DNA from: Octopus sinensis
Lineage: Eukaryota
Direction of reading: 5' to 3'
Assembly: GCF_006345805.1 (NCBI RefSeq)
Contig: NC_042999.1
Location: 136,772,001-136,836,000, forward strand
DNA: 64,000 nt
In this document: in pieces, positions 38,156 to 50,578 of the stretch
Layout of the letters: each line of letters opens with the position of its first letter
How positions within the stretch are numbered: the first letter of the stretch is position 1
Position numbers and translations under genes: made by a program
Notes under the pieces: generated by a model
What the model was told of the DNA's origin: nothing
The model's input: the letters and a program-made list of their open reading frames with translations, nothing else
Database searches by the model: none

Positions 38156-38767
38156 CACTAGATGTACCCATGACTCGATGGGTCAGAACCATTCCAAGCT
38201 GAAAATGTCAATGCACAGTGGCAAAGGAAAAAATATTTCAAACTTCATGCAATAAAATTCTTAAATAATACAATACTCCTACCTTTAGTTTGACAACATA
38301 AACATGACCAAGTGTTTCTTTGAAAACATTCAGATGGCCTTCAACTTTTTTCCCCGCCCTTTTTTTTTGGGCCATTCTTTGTTACAACTATTCTAAGTGA
38401 AATACATGGGTACTTCAGCATAAAGTAATGTTTTTGCAAAGTCATCATTGATGCACAATGAAAAGAATGCTGTCAATGTTGTTCTCATATGTCATTAATT
38501 GACAGTCAGGTCCTCATTCTTTCTGAGCAATATTCTTTGTTCATCTTGTAGATGAACTTGTAACCTCACTATTGCAGGTGCTCTTTCATGAAAGTTGTAT
38601 AAATGATTAAGAGAAGAAAAAAGGCCAGGTGGTAGTAGCTGCGATGGCTCTTTGAAGTGTTAACATACATTTTCAACTTGAATTTTCTTTTCTTAAATGG
38701 GGAAATGACAGTTTTATTTGTAATCTTTATCATCTTAATCAAAGTGCAGGAAAATAAACTTTGAGTT

Positions 38768-38824
<57 letters not shown>

Positions 38825-40485
38825 AACCCATACTAGCATGGAACATGGACATTAAGTGATGATATGAATATGCAAAATAGACTGCTAATCATATTTTTGA
38901 AATTCCAAGTAGCCATCACTCTCTCTCTCTAGACACATGTATGTATGTAGATTGATAGATAGATAGATAGACAGGCAGGCAGACAGATGTGTGTATATTT
39001 TAAAAATCAACTGCAGTGTATTTGTGATACTATAAATAAAATTACAACTAAAATAATTTTAGAATTGAAAATTTTTATTCCAAAACTAAGTTTTTTTAAA
39101 AATTGTATTATTACAAGTATAGAAAGCAAAATAAATAGATTTCAAGATGCATAAACTCTGGCAAAATATAGAAGACAAAGCTTCAGTATTGATTAACCCT
39201 TGGCATAAATTTTCATGGAATATTTTGCCATTTTATATACCCTACATTTTTTTTTCTTTTTATAAATTTTGGTCTCAATGAATTTGCCTTAATTTTAGTT
39301 CTTGTGAAAAATAATGTCACTGAGAGTAAAATGAGCTGAAATTAGTGAAGAATAAGGTAACAAAGAAAAATACATACCTAGAGGGATCCAATTTGATCTC
39401 ATTTGATTTTTTCTCTCCCTCCCTCTCTCTCTCTCTTCTTTAGTTCAAAGCAATGCTGCGTGTCTTGTAGGTAATTAAATGCCGAAATAGGCAACCATGA
39501 ATAGTACAGTGTTTCATGCTACTCAGATTTGTAATAGAATTTGATGTACTGCAAATCTATCAAGCCGACATTATATAGATATACTATATTCATACATTAT
39601 TGTTGTTGTTGTTATTGATCTTGCCGTTTTCTGTTTTATTCATTAAATAATTCTACCTTCGGCAGTTTAAGTGGAGTTTTTCTTATTCTAGTTCTGATTT
39701 CACCTACTTTTATGAGCATGCATGCATTTTACAAAAATGCAACCAATTGTAAAAGCATTGTAAAACTTTTCTATTTCAGGCTCCTTTGTTTCATTCCCAG
39801 TTAACCACTGATCCTTGTATAGAAATTTATCTCTATCAACACATAGCCATTTTAATTCTCCAAAAAAAAAATATGAGACAGATTTTGTTTTATCTGATGA
39901 TTGTTTTTTTTCTTTTTTTTTGGTATTTTCCTTTCTACAGATAAATTTAAACAAAAATAAAATATGACTTTTAGATTCTTATTTATGAATTAATACTAAA
40001 TTTATTTTATTTCTGCATTCCTAAAGTATATTTTTTCCTCATAATTTTGAAATCTAATGTAGATTTTCCCTAAAATTTATAAAACTCAGAAAATGCTGAA
40101 AATATTTTTAAAAAATGATTTCTATTTACATTATTTTTGCTCTCTTTCTAAGATTTTCTATGTGAGCATGCTTTCCTATGTTAACTTAGATCTATGTACA
40201 CATTTCCTAGGGTTAGCATAAAAAGGAGTGGGGTTTAACTCTATTATGACTAATATAATTATTCCACTGGCTTAAAAAAAGCATTACATGATTTTTGAAT
40301 TTATTGGGTATTTCTTTTTAGGAGAACTGATGGCATTAAAAAACATAAGAATATGATGAAAATAAATTTTAATAGATATTATTATTAATGCTTTTTTCCT
40401 AATAACACAGAATTAATTTCTTGTTCCATTATAATACTGAATGTGTATATTTGTTTATTACATTCATTTTTTCATGCTAACATGG

Positions 40486-40532
<47 letters not shown>

Positions 40533-40569
40533 CATGGAAAGTGGACGCTAAATGATGATGATGATGATA

Positions 40570-40608
<39 letters not shown>

Positions 40609-40769
40609 GAGAAAGAGAGAATTATTGTGGATGTATGTGGGTTTGAATGGGTGTATATTTATATATGTATGTTTTGTGTATGTGTGTTTGTCAGAGAATT
40701 GATTTATGTGACATGCAATTTGGTTTCTGTTAGGGCATAATGTCACCGTTGCCCTCTTCGTAATGTGAC

Positions 40770-40870
40770 TACTGAGATGAATTTTATGCTTAAGAATAAT
40801 TCAATAAACATAACTTTCATTGGCCTACAGAAAGGCTTCAACAAGATACTATGATTTGTTGTCTGGTAGT
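40770..40870 (+). mobile_element. Old RTE LINE relic, left half (interrupted by the young RTE)
   Basis: ENFMLKNNSINITFIGLQKGFNKI aligns in register with EKYLAKDKPLYLAFVDMEKAFDRV of the young copy. Confidence 0.75.
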
Positions 40871-43056
40871 CATCATCATCATCATCGTTTAGCGTCCGTT
40901 TTCCATGCTAGCATGGGTTGGACGGTTCTACTGGGGTCTGTGAAGCCAGAAGGCTTCTTCAGGCCCAGTCAAATCTGGCAGTGTTTCTACGGCTGGATGC
41001 CCTTCCTAACGCCAACCACTCCGAGAGTGTAGTGGGTGCTTTTTACGTGCCACCCGCACAGGTGCCAGACAGAGCTGGCAAACGGCCACGAACGGATGGT
41101 GCTTTTTATGTGCCACCGGCACGAGGGCCAGTCGAGGCTGGCAACGGACACGAACGGATGGTGCTTTTACGTGCCATCGGCACGAGGCCAGTCGAGGCGG
41201 TGCTGGCAACGGTCGCGAAACGGAAGGTTCTCTTACATGCCACCAGCGGAAGGTTCTCTTACATCGATTTCGATTCTGATCCTCACTTGCCTCAACAGGT
41301 CTTCACAAGTAGAGTTTCGACATGCCACCGGCACTGGTAACACATCTGCAATTTCCATTGATCGATTTCGATTCTGATCCTCACTTGTCTCAACAGGTCT
41401 TCACAAGTAGAGTTTTGTGTCCCAAGAAGAGAAAGTATGCATACGTAGGCTGGCTCCATCCCATGTAGAAGGCCACAGGTTATGGACTCACTTGTCCTGC
41501 CGGGTCTTCTTTCGCACAGCACACTTCCAGAGGTCTCGGTCTCTAGTCATTTCGTCAGTGAGACCTAAAGTTCGAAGGTCGTGCTTCACCACCTCGTCCC
41601 AGGTTTTCCTGGGTCTGCCTCTTCCGCAGGTTCCCTCAACAGCTAGGGTGTGGCACTTTTTCACACAACTATCTTCATCCATTCTCGCCACATGACCATA
41701 CCAGCGCAAACGTCTCTCTTGCACACCACAACTGATGCTTCTTAGGTCCAGCTTTTCTCTCAAGGTACTTACACTCTGCCGAGTATGAGTACTGACATTA
41801 CACATCCATCGGAGCATACTGGCTTCATTTCTTGCGAGCTTACGCATATCCTCAGCAGTCACGGCCCATGTTTCACTGCCATGTAGCATGGCTGTTCGTA
41901 CACACGCATCATACAGTCTGCCTTTCACTCTGTGCGAGAGGCCTTTTGTCACCAGCAGAGGTAAGAGCTCTCTGAACTTTGCCCAAGCTATTCTTACTCT
42001 AGCAGTTACACTTTCAGCACACCCGCCCCGCTGCTGACTTGGTCACCTAGGTAACGGAAACTATCAACTATTTCTAGTTTTTCTCCCTGGAAAGTGACGG
42101 AAGTTGGTCTCAGAGCATTTTCAGTGTTTATTGTTCCTGAGCATCTGCCACATACAAAAACCATCTTCCTAGTTAGCCTTCCTTTGACATTGCTGCACCT
42201 CTTATGTGTCCATAGCTTACACTTGGTGCATCTTATAGAGTTTCTACCTACACCTTTTCTACAGATCGAGCAGGGCCATCTACCTGAAGGCGTTTGTGAT
42301 TTGTCTACCTTCCTACTGATTACGACTTTAGTTTTAGCTAGATTGACTCTGAGGCCCTTCGATTCTAATCCTTGTTTCCACACCTGAAACTTCTCCAGTT
42401 CTGATAGCGACTCAGCAATTAGAGCAAGGTCATCAGCATAGAGGAGCTCCCAAGGGCATCCTGTCTTGAATTCCTCCGTTATTGCCTGGAGGACTATGAT
42501 AAATAGGAGGGGGCTGAGGACTGAGCCTTGGTGGACCCCTACCTCTACCCGGAATTCTTCACTGTACTCATTTCCAACCCTCACCCTACTAGCAGCGTCT
42601 CTATACATGGCCTGCACAGCTCTCACTAACCATTCATCTATCCCTAGTTTCCTCATTGACCACCAGATAAGGGATGGGGGACTCTGTCGAAGGCTTTCTC
42701 CATGTCAACAAAAGCCAGGTACAGGGGCTTATCTTTGGCTAGGTATTTCTCCTGCAGCTGCCTTACCATGAATATAGCATCAGTAGTACTTTTCCCTGGG
42801 ACAAACCCAAACTGCATCTCATCTAAACTAACTCTCTCTCTAATTAGTTGGGCTATGACCCTCTCCGTAACCTTCATCACCTGATCCAACAGCTTGATAC
42901 CTCTGTAGTTATTTGTATCTAGAGCGTCGCCTTTACCTTTGTAGCAGTTGACTATTATGCTGCTACACCAGTCATTGGGTATGACTCCTTTGTGTATCAC
43001 CTGATTAACTATACGGGTGACTAGGCTATAGCCGACACTACCAGACATTTTGAGCA
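40871..43056 (-). mobile_element. Young 5'-truncated RTE-clade LINE (RT + PHD-like finger + C-terminus + full 3' UTR with (GAT)n tail); two frameshifts
   Basis: Minus-strand ORF pieces 43056-42653, 42656-42006, 41952-41488 encode QFGFVPGKSTTDAIF, AFVDMEKAFD, GVHQGSVLSPLLF, LLYADD, FRYLG, MLHGSETW, RRLRWYGHVARM, GRGRPRKTW; ORF end is followed by the hairpin UTR and catcat tail at 40871. Confidence 0.96.
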
Positions 43057-43640
43057 ATTTAAAGAAACTAGGTATAGATGACTGATTTGTGAGAATCATT
43101 GAGGCCATGTATAGAGATGCAACCAGGAGGATGAGGTTTAGTATTGAGTTCAACAAGAAATTTTATGTTCAGACAGGTGTCCATCAAGGCTGTTTTCATA
43201 CTCTTCAAGGTCATATGAAGAGGAGTTTAAAGCAGGCTATCCCTGGGAACTCCTGTATACTGATGACATATTGAAGAATCAGAGAAATTCTGAGAATGGA
43301 AATAAAGGCTAGAATCAGTGTATAAAATTAAACCTGATATTCTGTTCAGCAGATCAAAAAATTCCAGAATTATCTAGGAAGTGATCATAGTTTATATGCA
43401 GAAAAATAGTGGGCAGGAACCCCAGTGAAAACTGTGACTGCACAGTAGCATTACAAGCAGAACATTGATAGAGAAGAACACTTTATATTGCAGATTCACA
43501 GAAGCAGTTAACTGCAAGAGTATCTTTCAAGTATTCGGAAAGCTCACTTGAAGTAGGTGGTAGTTTCTCTTACCAAGGTGGCCTTAGCAGTGAAGCTGAG
43601 TGTTATGAAAGCCTACCAGCTACAGTAAAAACAGGGTGGG
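43057..43640 (+). mobile_element. Old RTE LINE relic, right half
   Basis: KKLGIDD*FVRIIEAMYRDA, TGVHQG and LLYTDD-like remnants with many stops and frameshifts; continues the frame of the left half. Confidence 0.8.
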
Positions 43641-44898
43641 AGTGAAAACTCGAATGCTATATTTACTGTATATATGTCTATACATATATATACCTGTGTA
43701 CATGTGTGTGTGTAGATGCATATATGCATGTGTGTACATATCTAGTATATATAAATCACAGTATGTGTGTGTATAATGACTAATGCATACATTTCCACAA
43801 TTCTCAATTGATTTTCACCAAACTTTACACAAACATTACTTATGTCCCAAGGATGGTCATGCACTAAACATTTTGACTAGTGCTCCTGCATAAATGGACC
43901 TAAATGGGCATAGTTTTTTCTTTGTAGGATCTTCCATACTTTCTCAATCTTTTTAATTAAAGTGAAAGGATTTTGTCTATTCATTTCCACTGTCCACTTG
44001 CCAGGGTGATTAAATTGACTAGGAACACTGTATGTGATGAATATCCAATACCAAACAATCTTAATCTCCATATTTAAACTGCATTAAACTTTGGCAAGCT
44101 TACCTTTACCTATTCTGAGTTACTTGAAAGGTGATGTTCCGTTCTCTTTCTTCTACTTGTTCATACCTTTGTTTACCTACCAATGCATTGTTTCACTTTG
44201 AGGATGCTTATTTACCCATCCATTATGAGATTTCGACTGTTGTCTATTGTTTCAAATACTTTCTAGCATTGTTGTTCTAGACTTTTTTAAACAATCACAT
44301 ATGATTCATCCCAAAGAATCAACCTTTAAATAAGAGTTTTGCTTCCACTGGCAAAAGCTATACATATCTTTCAAAAAGCTCCATACCAATTTAACTTTAT
44401 GCAACATTCGCTGTTAGTTTATATGCAGGCTATGTGGGAAGATAGAATAAAGGGGCTTTTGTTAGCTTATCTCTCTAAAAAAAATAGCTCCCTTTGCTGT
44501 TGAAAAAAATAAACTTGTAGAGGGGTAGTTACAATGTCTTCCTTCAATTTCATTACACCATTTATGTGGTTGTTTCTCACAGGATATTTCACTTTCATAC
44601 TATATTTTGTAGTCATTATCCATAATCTATTCCCCAAACACTTCAGTAGCTCTACTTTGCATCACTTGCAAACTTGTTCTATGATCATTAAAGTGCAATG
44701 ACCTCCACAATAACCAGCTTTCAATTTGATTTTCCATTCCGAGGCTAATCGGAAATATAGATTGCCATGCTACTCATAAACCTTCTTGGTAGTTCAATTA
44801 TTTGGTGAAAAAATACCACCAAAGTAACTTATGCCTTCCAAAGGACAGGTGCATTTTCTAGTATATATATACTAGTATATATACACACACACATACAG

Positions 44899-45230
44899 GT
44901 AAAGTTGCATGGTTCAGTGGTTAGAGCACTGGGCTCACAATCATGAGTTTGATTCCCAGACCAGGATGTGTATTGTGTTCTTGAGCAAGACACTTTATTT
45001 CACATTGCTCCAGTTCACACATCTGTAGAAATGAGTTGCGATGTCAGTGGTGCCAAGCTGTTTTAGCCTTTGCCTTTCCCTTGGATAACATTAGTGGCAT
45101 GGAGAGGGGAGGCTGGTATGCAACGGTGAGTGCTGGTCTTCCATAAATAACCTTGTCTGGATTTGTGCCTCGGTGAGGAAATTTCTAGGTGCAATCCTAT
45201 GATCATTTATGGCCAAAGGGGGTCATCTAT
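44899..45230 (+). mobile_element. tRNA-derived SINE, same family as 27491-27810
   Basis: tggttcagtggttagagc...gtgttcttgagcaagacactttatttcac. Confidence 0.85.
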
Positions 45231-45266
45231 ATATAGACATGCTCCACACATGTACATGAGCATATT

Positions 45267-45306
<40 letters not shown>

Positions 45307-45620
45307 CATGTGCACATATGTATATATTGTTCAGATATGTCACTGGCAACTCTGTGTCATTTCCCTTGGCTCATTTTTATTTAAATTATGCAAATTACCT
45401 CAGTCATAAGTATTTTACTTTTTTTTTTATAGATGTCTATATCTCTTGACTACTGGAAATAAAGAGGATAGCTGTGCTGGTGTTGCCTATTGAGGCAGAA
45501 ACACTTGTCAACAATTCTCTTATCTTCAGATAATAAGTCTCTCCTTTTCTTTAATGGCACTTCAGCTTTCGAGGATTTTTGATTCTTGAGGTTATCTTTC
45601 TTTCTCATATTGAGGTGGAG

Positions 45621-45841
45621 ATAATATTGATTCCAAATTTTGGCTCAAGGCCAGCAGTTTTGAGGAAGAGGATAAGATGATTACATCAACCCCAGTGTTC
45701 CACTGATACTTATTCTGTCGACATCAAAAGGATGAAAGACAAAGTTAACCTTGGCAGAATTTGAACTCAGATCATAAAGATGGACAAAATACTGCCGAGC
45801 ATTTTGCCCAGTATGCTAGCAATTCTGCCAGCTCACCGCCT
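45621..45841 (-). mobile_element. tRNA-derived SINE, second family
   Basis: Reverse complement of aggcggtgagctggcagaa...ctgagttcaaattctgccaagg...ttttaagtatcag...ccaaaatttggaatc. Confidence 0.8.
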
Positions 45842-46240
45842 TTAGGTGGAGATAATATTAACTCAAGAATATGTAGTGCATCTGTATCTATCTATGCTAT
45901 TCATGTGTTTGTATATTCACACACAAACACACACATGTGCAATATGTGCATGTATATGTGTGTATGCGTTTCTTAATACTGAGAAATTTGTGGTTTTGGA
46001 GTGTTAACTCCTATTTCAAGCAAGTGGTATTCTGGTACCCTAACTTATATACATATGTATGTATATATTTAAGTAGGTGAATGAATTATCCCGTGTTTAT
46101 TGTCAGCATGGAAAATTCGTTTAATGCACCCTTTATTCCTTTGGAATGAAAGCATGCTGTCTTCGAAACATATGTCGAGAGTAAAGGAATTTTGTTAACA
46201 TCTTCGTTCGACTCCATTCTTTCATTTATTCATATGTATG

Positions 46241-46285
<45 letters not shown>

Positions 46286-47761
46286 TGATATGTTTCATAT
46301 GTGCAAGTCTACATAGTCTTTTGTGTGTGCATGCATGTGTGTGGACTAGTGTTTTCTTGTGTGTATACATACAAGTAATCTACTACCATCACCTTACTTA
46401 TCCAATTTTTTTTCCTTTTTCACCTCCCCTATTTTTTCCCCATATGAGCTTTTCTTACTTATATTTATCTATCCTAAGCAATAAACATCCCAGCTTTTGG
46501 TGCACTGGCTGCCCGTTATTGATGCCACATATACATTGGAATTATAACCTACTGCAGCCATTACAATAGCTTGAGTATGCTGATAACAAAATGAAACCAT
46601 ACCACTATCTATTTCACTAAAGTAATCAGTGATTAGGGGATACCATCAGTTCTTTACTGTGTCCAGTATCCACTCACACATTTTTTATTCTTTCTGCTAG
46701 CCCAGCTTTCTTTTCCATTCACCATTATGGCAGACTATTTTCAACTAAACAGTTGTATGTGAACCTGGTGGAAAAGTACACCTGATGGCTACAAGATACT
46801 CATGATAGGTAGGATGAACCCAATGTGCTTTTGAATCAGCTGTAGCACTTGACTTCCATGCCTTTTATTTGTAGGTTTGATTATCACATTATAAGCAATG
46901 TTTGTTGCTTTCAAAATAAAGTTGTATAGTATCTATCATCTGATAGGAATTTTGTATCTAATATAGATGTGGGACAGACTGTATTTGGTGCATAGATTAA
47001 TAATCATCAGTTATTGAGCAGTCTGTATTTTCTATACAAGCCATGTTTATGCCGGAGACTAACCAACTGCCTTTTTACCACAATCACTCACCTGATCCTA
47101 TTACATTATCATTATGTATATATATATGTATAGATGTGTACATGTATGTTTGTATACATGTGTGTTTATATATGTCTGTGTGGGTGTGTTATATGCGAAG
47201 ATGAGTTTGTCAGGCACCTGCATTATATTAGCTGAATTATTACAAACTGTTGATCTTGCTGTGCTAAATAGCAAGGTAGATGAAGTATATTCTTGTAAAT
47301 TACAGCTAAAATGACAACATTGAATGTTAGATAATTGCACATTTTGAAGTGTTTGATTTTTCTGTATTAAATGGAGGAAAACTGAAATACATCAATATTA
47401 TTTTGATAGTTTATGAATAATTGGTAAATTTACCAGAATCACCATAAAAGAATTTGCTAAATCCTTTATAGAATTGCTCTTCAATATATGAAAAATACAT
47501 AATGATATTTCTGATGCACACACACATATGCATGATCCCTCTTTCTCACTTTCACTCTCTCACTCTCTCTTTCTCTCTCTGTTTATAAGCAATGAATGTT
47601 TGTGCTAATTTTAACCCAATTATCTTTAAGATTTCTATTTGATCTTCATAATTAGAGACTTTAGTATTCTTGGGTTTCAATTATATATATAGAATGTTTG
47701 ACACTTTTTAGTCCCAATTTGTTTGGTATTTTTTCCTTTCTTCCATCTCTTTCCCGCCTTC

Positions 47762-47803
<42 letters not shown>

Positions 47804-47962
47804 TCTACAAAAGATGTCTAGTTTGTTATAGATGATACCTATTCTTAGTTATAGACTCATTCTAGTGAGTGTTTCAGTCGCAGTTTAATATATATATATG
47901 TTGTATAATTTTATTTTCAGTCAAAAACATTTATTCAGTTTTGTTTGCATTTTGTCTTTCAG

Positions 47963-48262
47963 AGGATGGTGTACATGAGACGTATGGATGGTGGGTTGGC
48001 AGGACTTACCAGCCAATGTATTATTGGGGTAAAGCTGCACCAGGTTCCAGAAAGTGTAACTGTGGGCTTGTTGTCAATGGCTGTGCTGGTAAAAGTACTA
48101 CTTGCAACTGTGACTCCAATTTACCAGATCAAACAGATTCTGGATACCTTGAACACAAAGACTACCTGCCTGTTCTGGAAATGCATTTTGGTGACACTGG
48201 TACTGTGACTGACAATAAATTTGGCAAACATAAACTTGGAAAACTCATGTGCAAGGGTGACA
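47963..48262 (+). CDS. Nrx-IV: Neurexin IV/CNTNAP-like exon (fibrinogen-like region, second half)
   Basis: Acceptor ttttgtctttcag|, donor gac a|gtaagt; 300 nt, phase 1-1; EDGVHETYGWWVGRTYQPMYYWGKAAPGSRKCNCG...CNCDSN...KDYLPV...FGDTG...LGKLMCKGD contains the Nrx-IV hallmarks WW, YWxGxxPGSRKCxCG, CNCD, LPV, FGDTG. Confidence 0.96.
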
Positions 48263-48360
48263 GTAAGTGTCATTTATTATGTACTTCACTATAAGTTTCA
48301 CCATTTTAGCTTAAACTTTAAAAACAAATTTTTTGATATTATGTATACTATTTTTATTAG

Positions 48361-48655
48361 GTTCATGGCTTAGTGGTTAGGCTATTCAGCTAATGATCAT
48401 ACGGTCATGAGTTCAATTCCTAGCGATGTGTTGTGTCCTTGAACAAGACTCTTTATTTCACATTGTTCCAGTCCACTCAGCTGGCAAAAATGAGTACTAC
48501 CTTGTCACACTCTGTATCATGCTGAATCTCTCTGAGAACTATGTTAAGAGTACATGTGTCTGTGGAGTGCTCAGCCATTTGCATGTTAATTTCATGAGCA
48601 TGTTCTGTTGATCAGATCAACTGGAACTCTCATCATCGTAACCAACAGAGTATCA
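48361..48655 (+). mobile_element. tRNA-derived SINE (related head, different tail)
   Basis: tggcttagtggttagg...gagttcaattcc...gtgtccttgaacaagactctttatttcac; tail shared with 51714-52024. Confidence 0.8.
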
Positions 48656-49761
48656 ATTATATTGGTTAGATTAGTGTCCTCATTTTGATTGTTACTTTCA
48701 CTATGTTCCAACCTTCTTCAGAGTTCTTATATTGAACTTGGTTGTGTTGTATTGGAATTTTAAACCTAGCACTAGATTTCATCTACAGAGGTACACTTTG
48801 CTTATTCTGCTCTCTGTGTTTCATGAATTTTTTTTTCCTTCAGTTGATTTATGTGACTGTCCTTAATGTCTTGCCTAAGATTGAACTCAGAAACTCAGTG
48901 TCTTTATCTAGTAGTAGATTAAGGCATTGGTTAATGCAGTACAGTCACCTAGAGGTTCTGAGTTCAATCCCAGGCAAGGCACTCATATAATTCACATAAT
49001 TCAATTGAAGCAAAAATATGTCATGGAATGCAGAGAGTGGAATGAGAACAAATAAAGGGTTAGGTTCAAAATTCCAATACAACAACCAAATTCAACACAA
49101 AAAACATAGCGAAAGTAACAATCAGAATGAGAATACCAGTCTGACTAATATAGACAGTACAAATAATATATTGTTTATCATTATTCTGAGACAGTGGTTC
49201 TTTGAGATCATTGCTAAAATAAGGTTTGACATTGTTCACTAATAAAAGATAAATAAGGAAAACAAAACTTTTCATCTAGATTCATGCAGTAGTTACATTT
49301 TATTGATTTTTATACTGAACTAAATGCATTTCATCAAAATTTCTAGTTTCTAACAGGATTAGTAGATTTATATAAAGAAAGCATGTCAGAAATTTAGGAG
49401 TTAAGATGTTAGAGACAAGTACCAGATCATGTTTGGAATGTTACTTGAAATAAATCAACATTCTAACCTTTTCACACCATGAAATTGGTGAAAGGCATTG
49501 GCAGTTAAGTTCCTTGGGGTTTAAGACATATTTACATTATATTGGCTCCTATTTTACACACCAAGTTCAATGCCTCCTTGCTGAATTACCATTCATCTAG
49601 TATCATCAGGATGTACAATCTTTCATACATTTATCTAAAACTGTTACATAAATTGTTGATAGCTTTCTTTTTATGTGAAAATGTTTTCTTTGATATAGAT
49701 TTCCATTTGGTTGTTTTTCATGATGATGAGATGTTAAAGTTTTATTGCTTTTAATCTACAG

Positions 49762-49932
49762 ACTTATTTGATAATGTGATAACTTTCCGCAAGGTTGATG
49801 CTATCATTAAACTAAACACCTTTGATGCAAAGAGCTCAGGAGATATTTGGTTCCAGTTCAAAACTACTGCCCGAGATGGTGTCATGATTCACTGTGTTGG
49901 TTCACTAGACTATATCAAGGTTGAGATTTTTA
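49762..49932 (+). CDS. Nrx-IV: Neurexin IV/CNTNAP-like exon (start of LamG domain)
   Basis: Acceptor ttaatctacag|, donor ttt a|gtaagt; 171 nt, phase 1-1; NLFDNVITFRKVDAIIKLNTFDAKSSGDIWFQFKTTARDGVMIHCVGSLDYIKVEIF; too short for the ORF track, found by manual reading; in frame with its neighbours. Confidence 0.94.
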
Positions 49933-50506
49933 GTAAGTAATATATTTATTATTGTTCTATGACAGACAGAATTCCTTGTGATATTTAGCTACACCTCTTT
50001 AGTAAATGACTATTAATCCCACTAGCATTGACTTCATTTTTCATCCTTCAGACATCAATAAAATAAAGTATCAGTTACATGTTGAGTGTACATAACTATA
50101 TGACCCCTACAAATTTGTGGCTTTGTGCCTTTGTTAGTAAACATTATTTTGAAAGCCTCATGTGAGTTCCTGCTTCGTCACCAGGTGCAAGGCATGTGCA
50201 GCCTTATGGTTTTCAGATCGTAGACCCATCTTTGTACATTGTATCTGTTTTTGCTTTTCTATAGAGTTTGATTTATTCTTTTTGGTGCTATTTTACTGTT
50301 TCCTCTGTTGTGTAAAGTACATGCAATTTTTGTAGTGTCTTGTCAGGTGGTGAATATGTGTTATGGGTTACAATATCAGACAGTTATTCTATATCATATC
50401 TGGTGTGTGGTTTGTCTGGCATTAATGCATTACAGCTGGATGGAATGTGAGTTGTGTAGACTTATAGTGCCAGGTATTTTGTAATTACATGAGCATGAAA
50501 GTTAAT

Positions 50507-50578
50507 ATTCTTAAGATTATAAACCTGGAAAAGTACAGGACAAGTTATTACACCTGGAAAAGTATAGGATAAGTTATA
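50507..50578 (+). mobile_element. Solo TIR of the 2330-2772 MITE family
   Basis: attcttaagattataaacctggaaaagtacaggacaagttattacacctggaaaagtatagg is near-identical to that TIR. Confidence 0.75.

Noticed and set aside
43057-43640. 5' inversion (twin priming) of the young RTE
   Set aside because: The + strand piece is far more decayed, corresponds to a region already present in the young copy, and continues in register on the other side at 40770-40870; it is an older host element.
47083-47098. Strong minus-strand donor cag|gtgagt suggesting an antisense nested gene
   Set aside because: No matching acceptor or plausible ORF upstream on that strand; the flank is CA/TG microsatellite.
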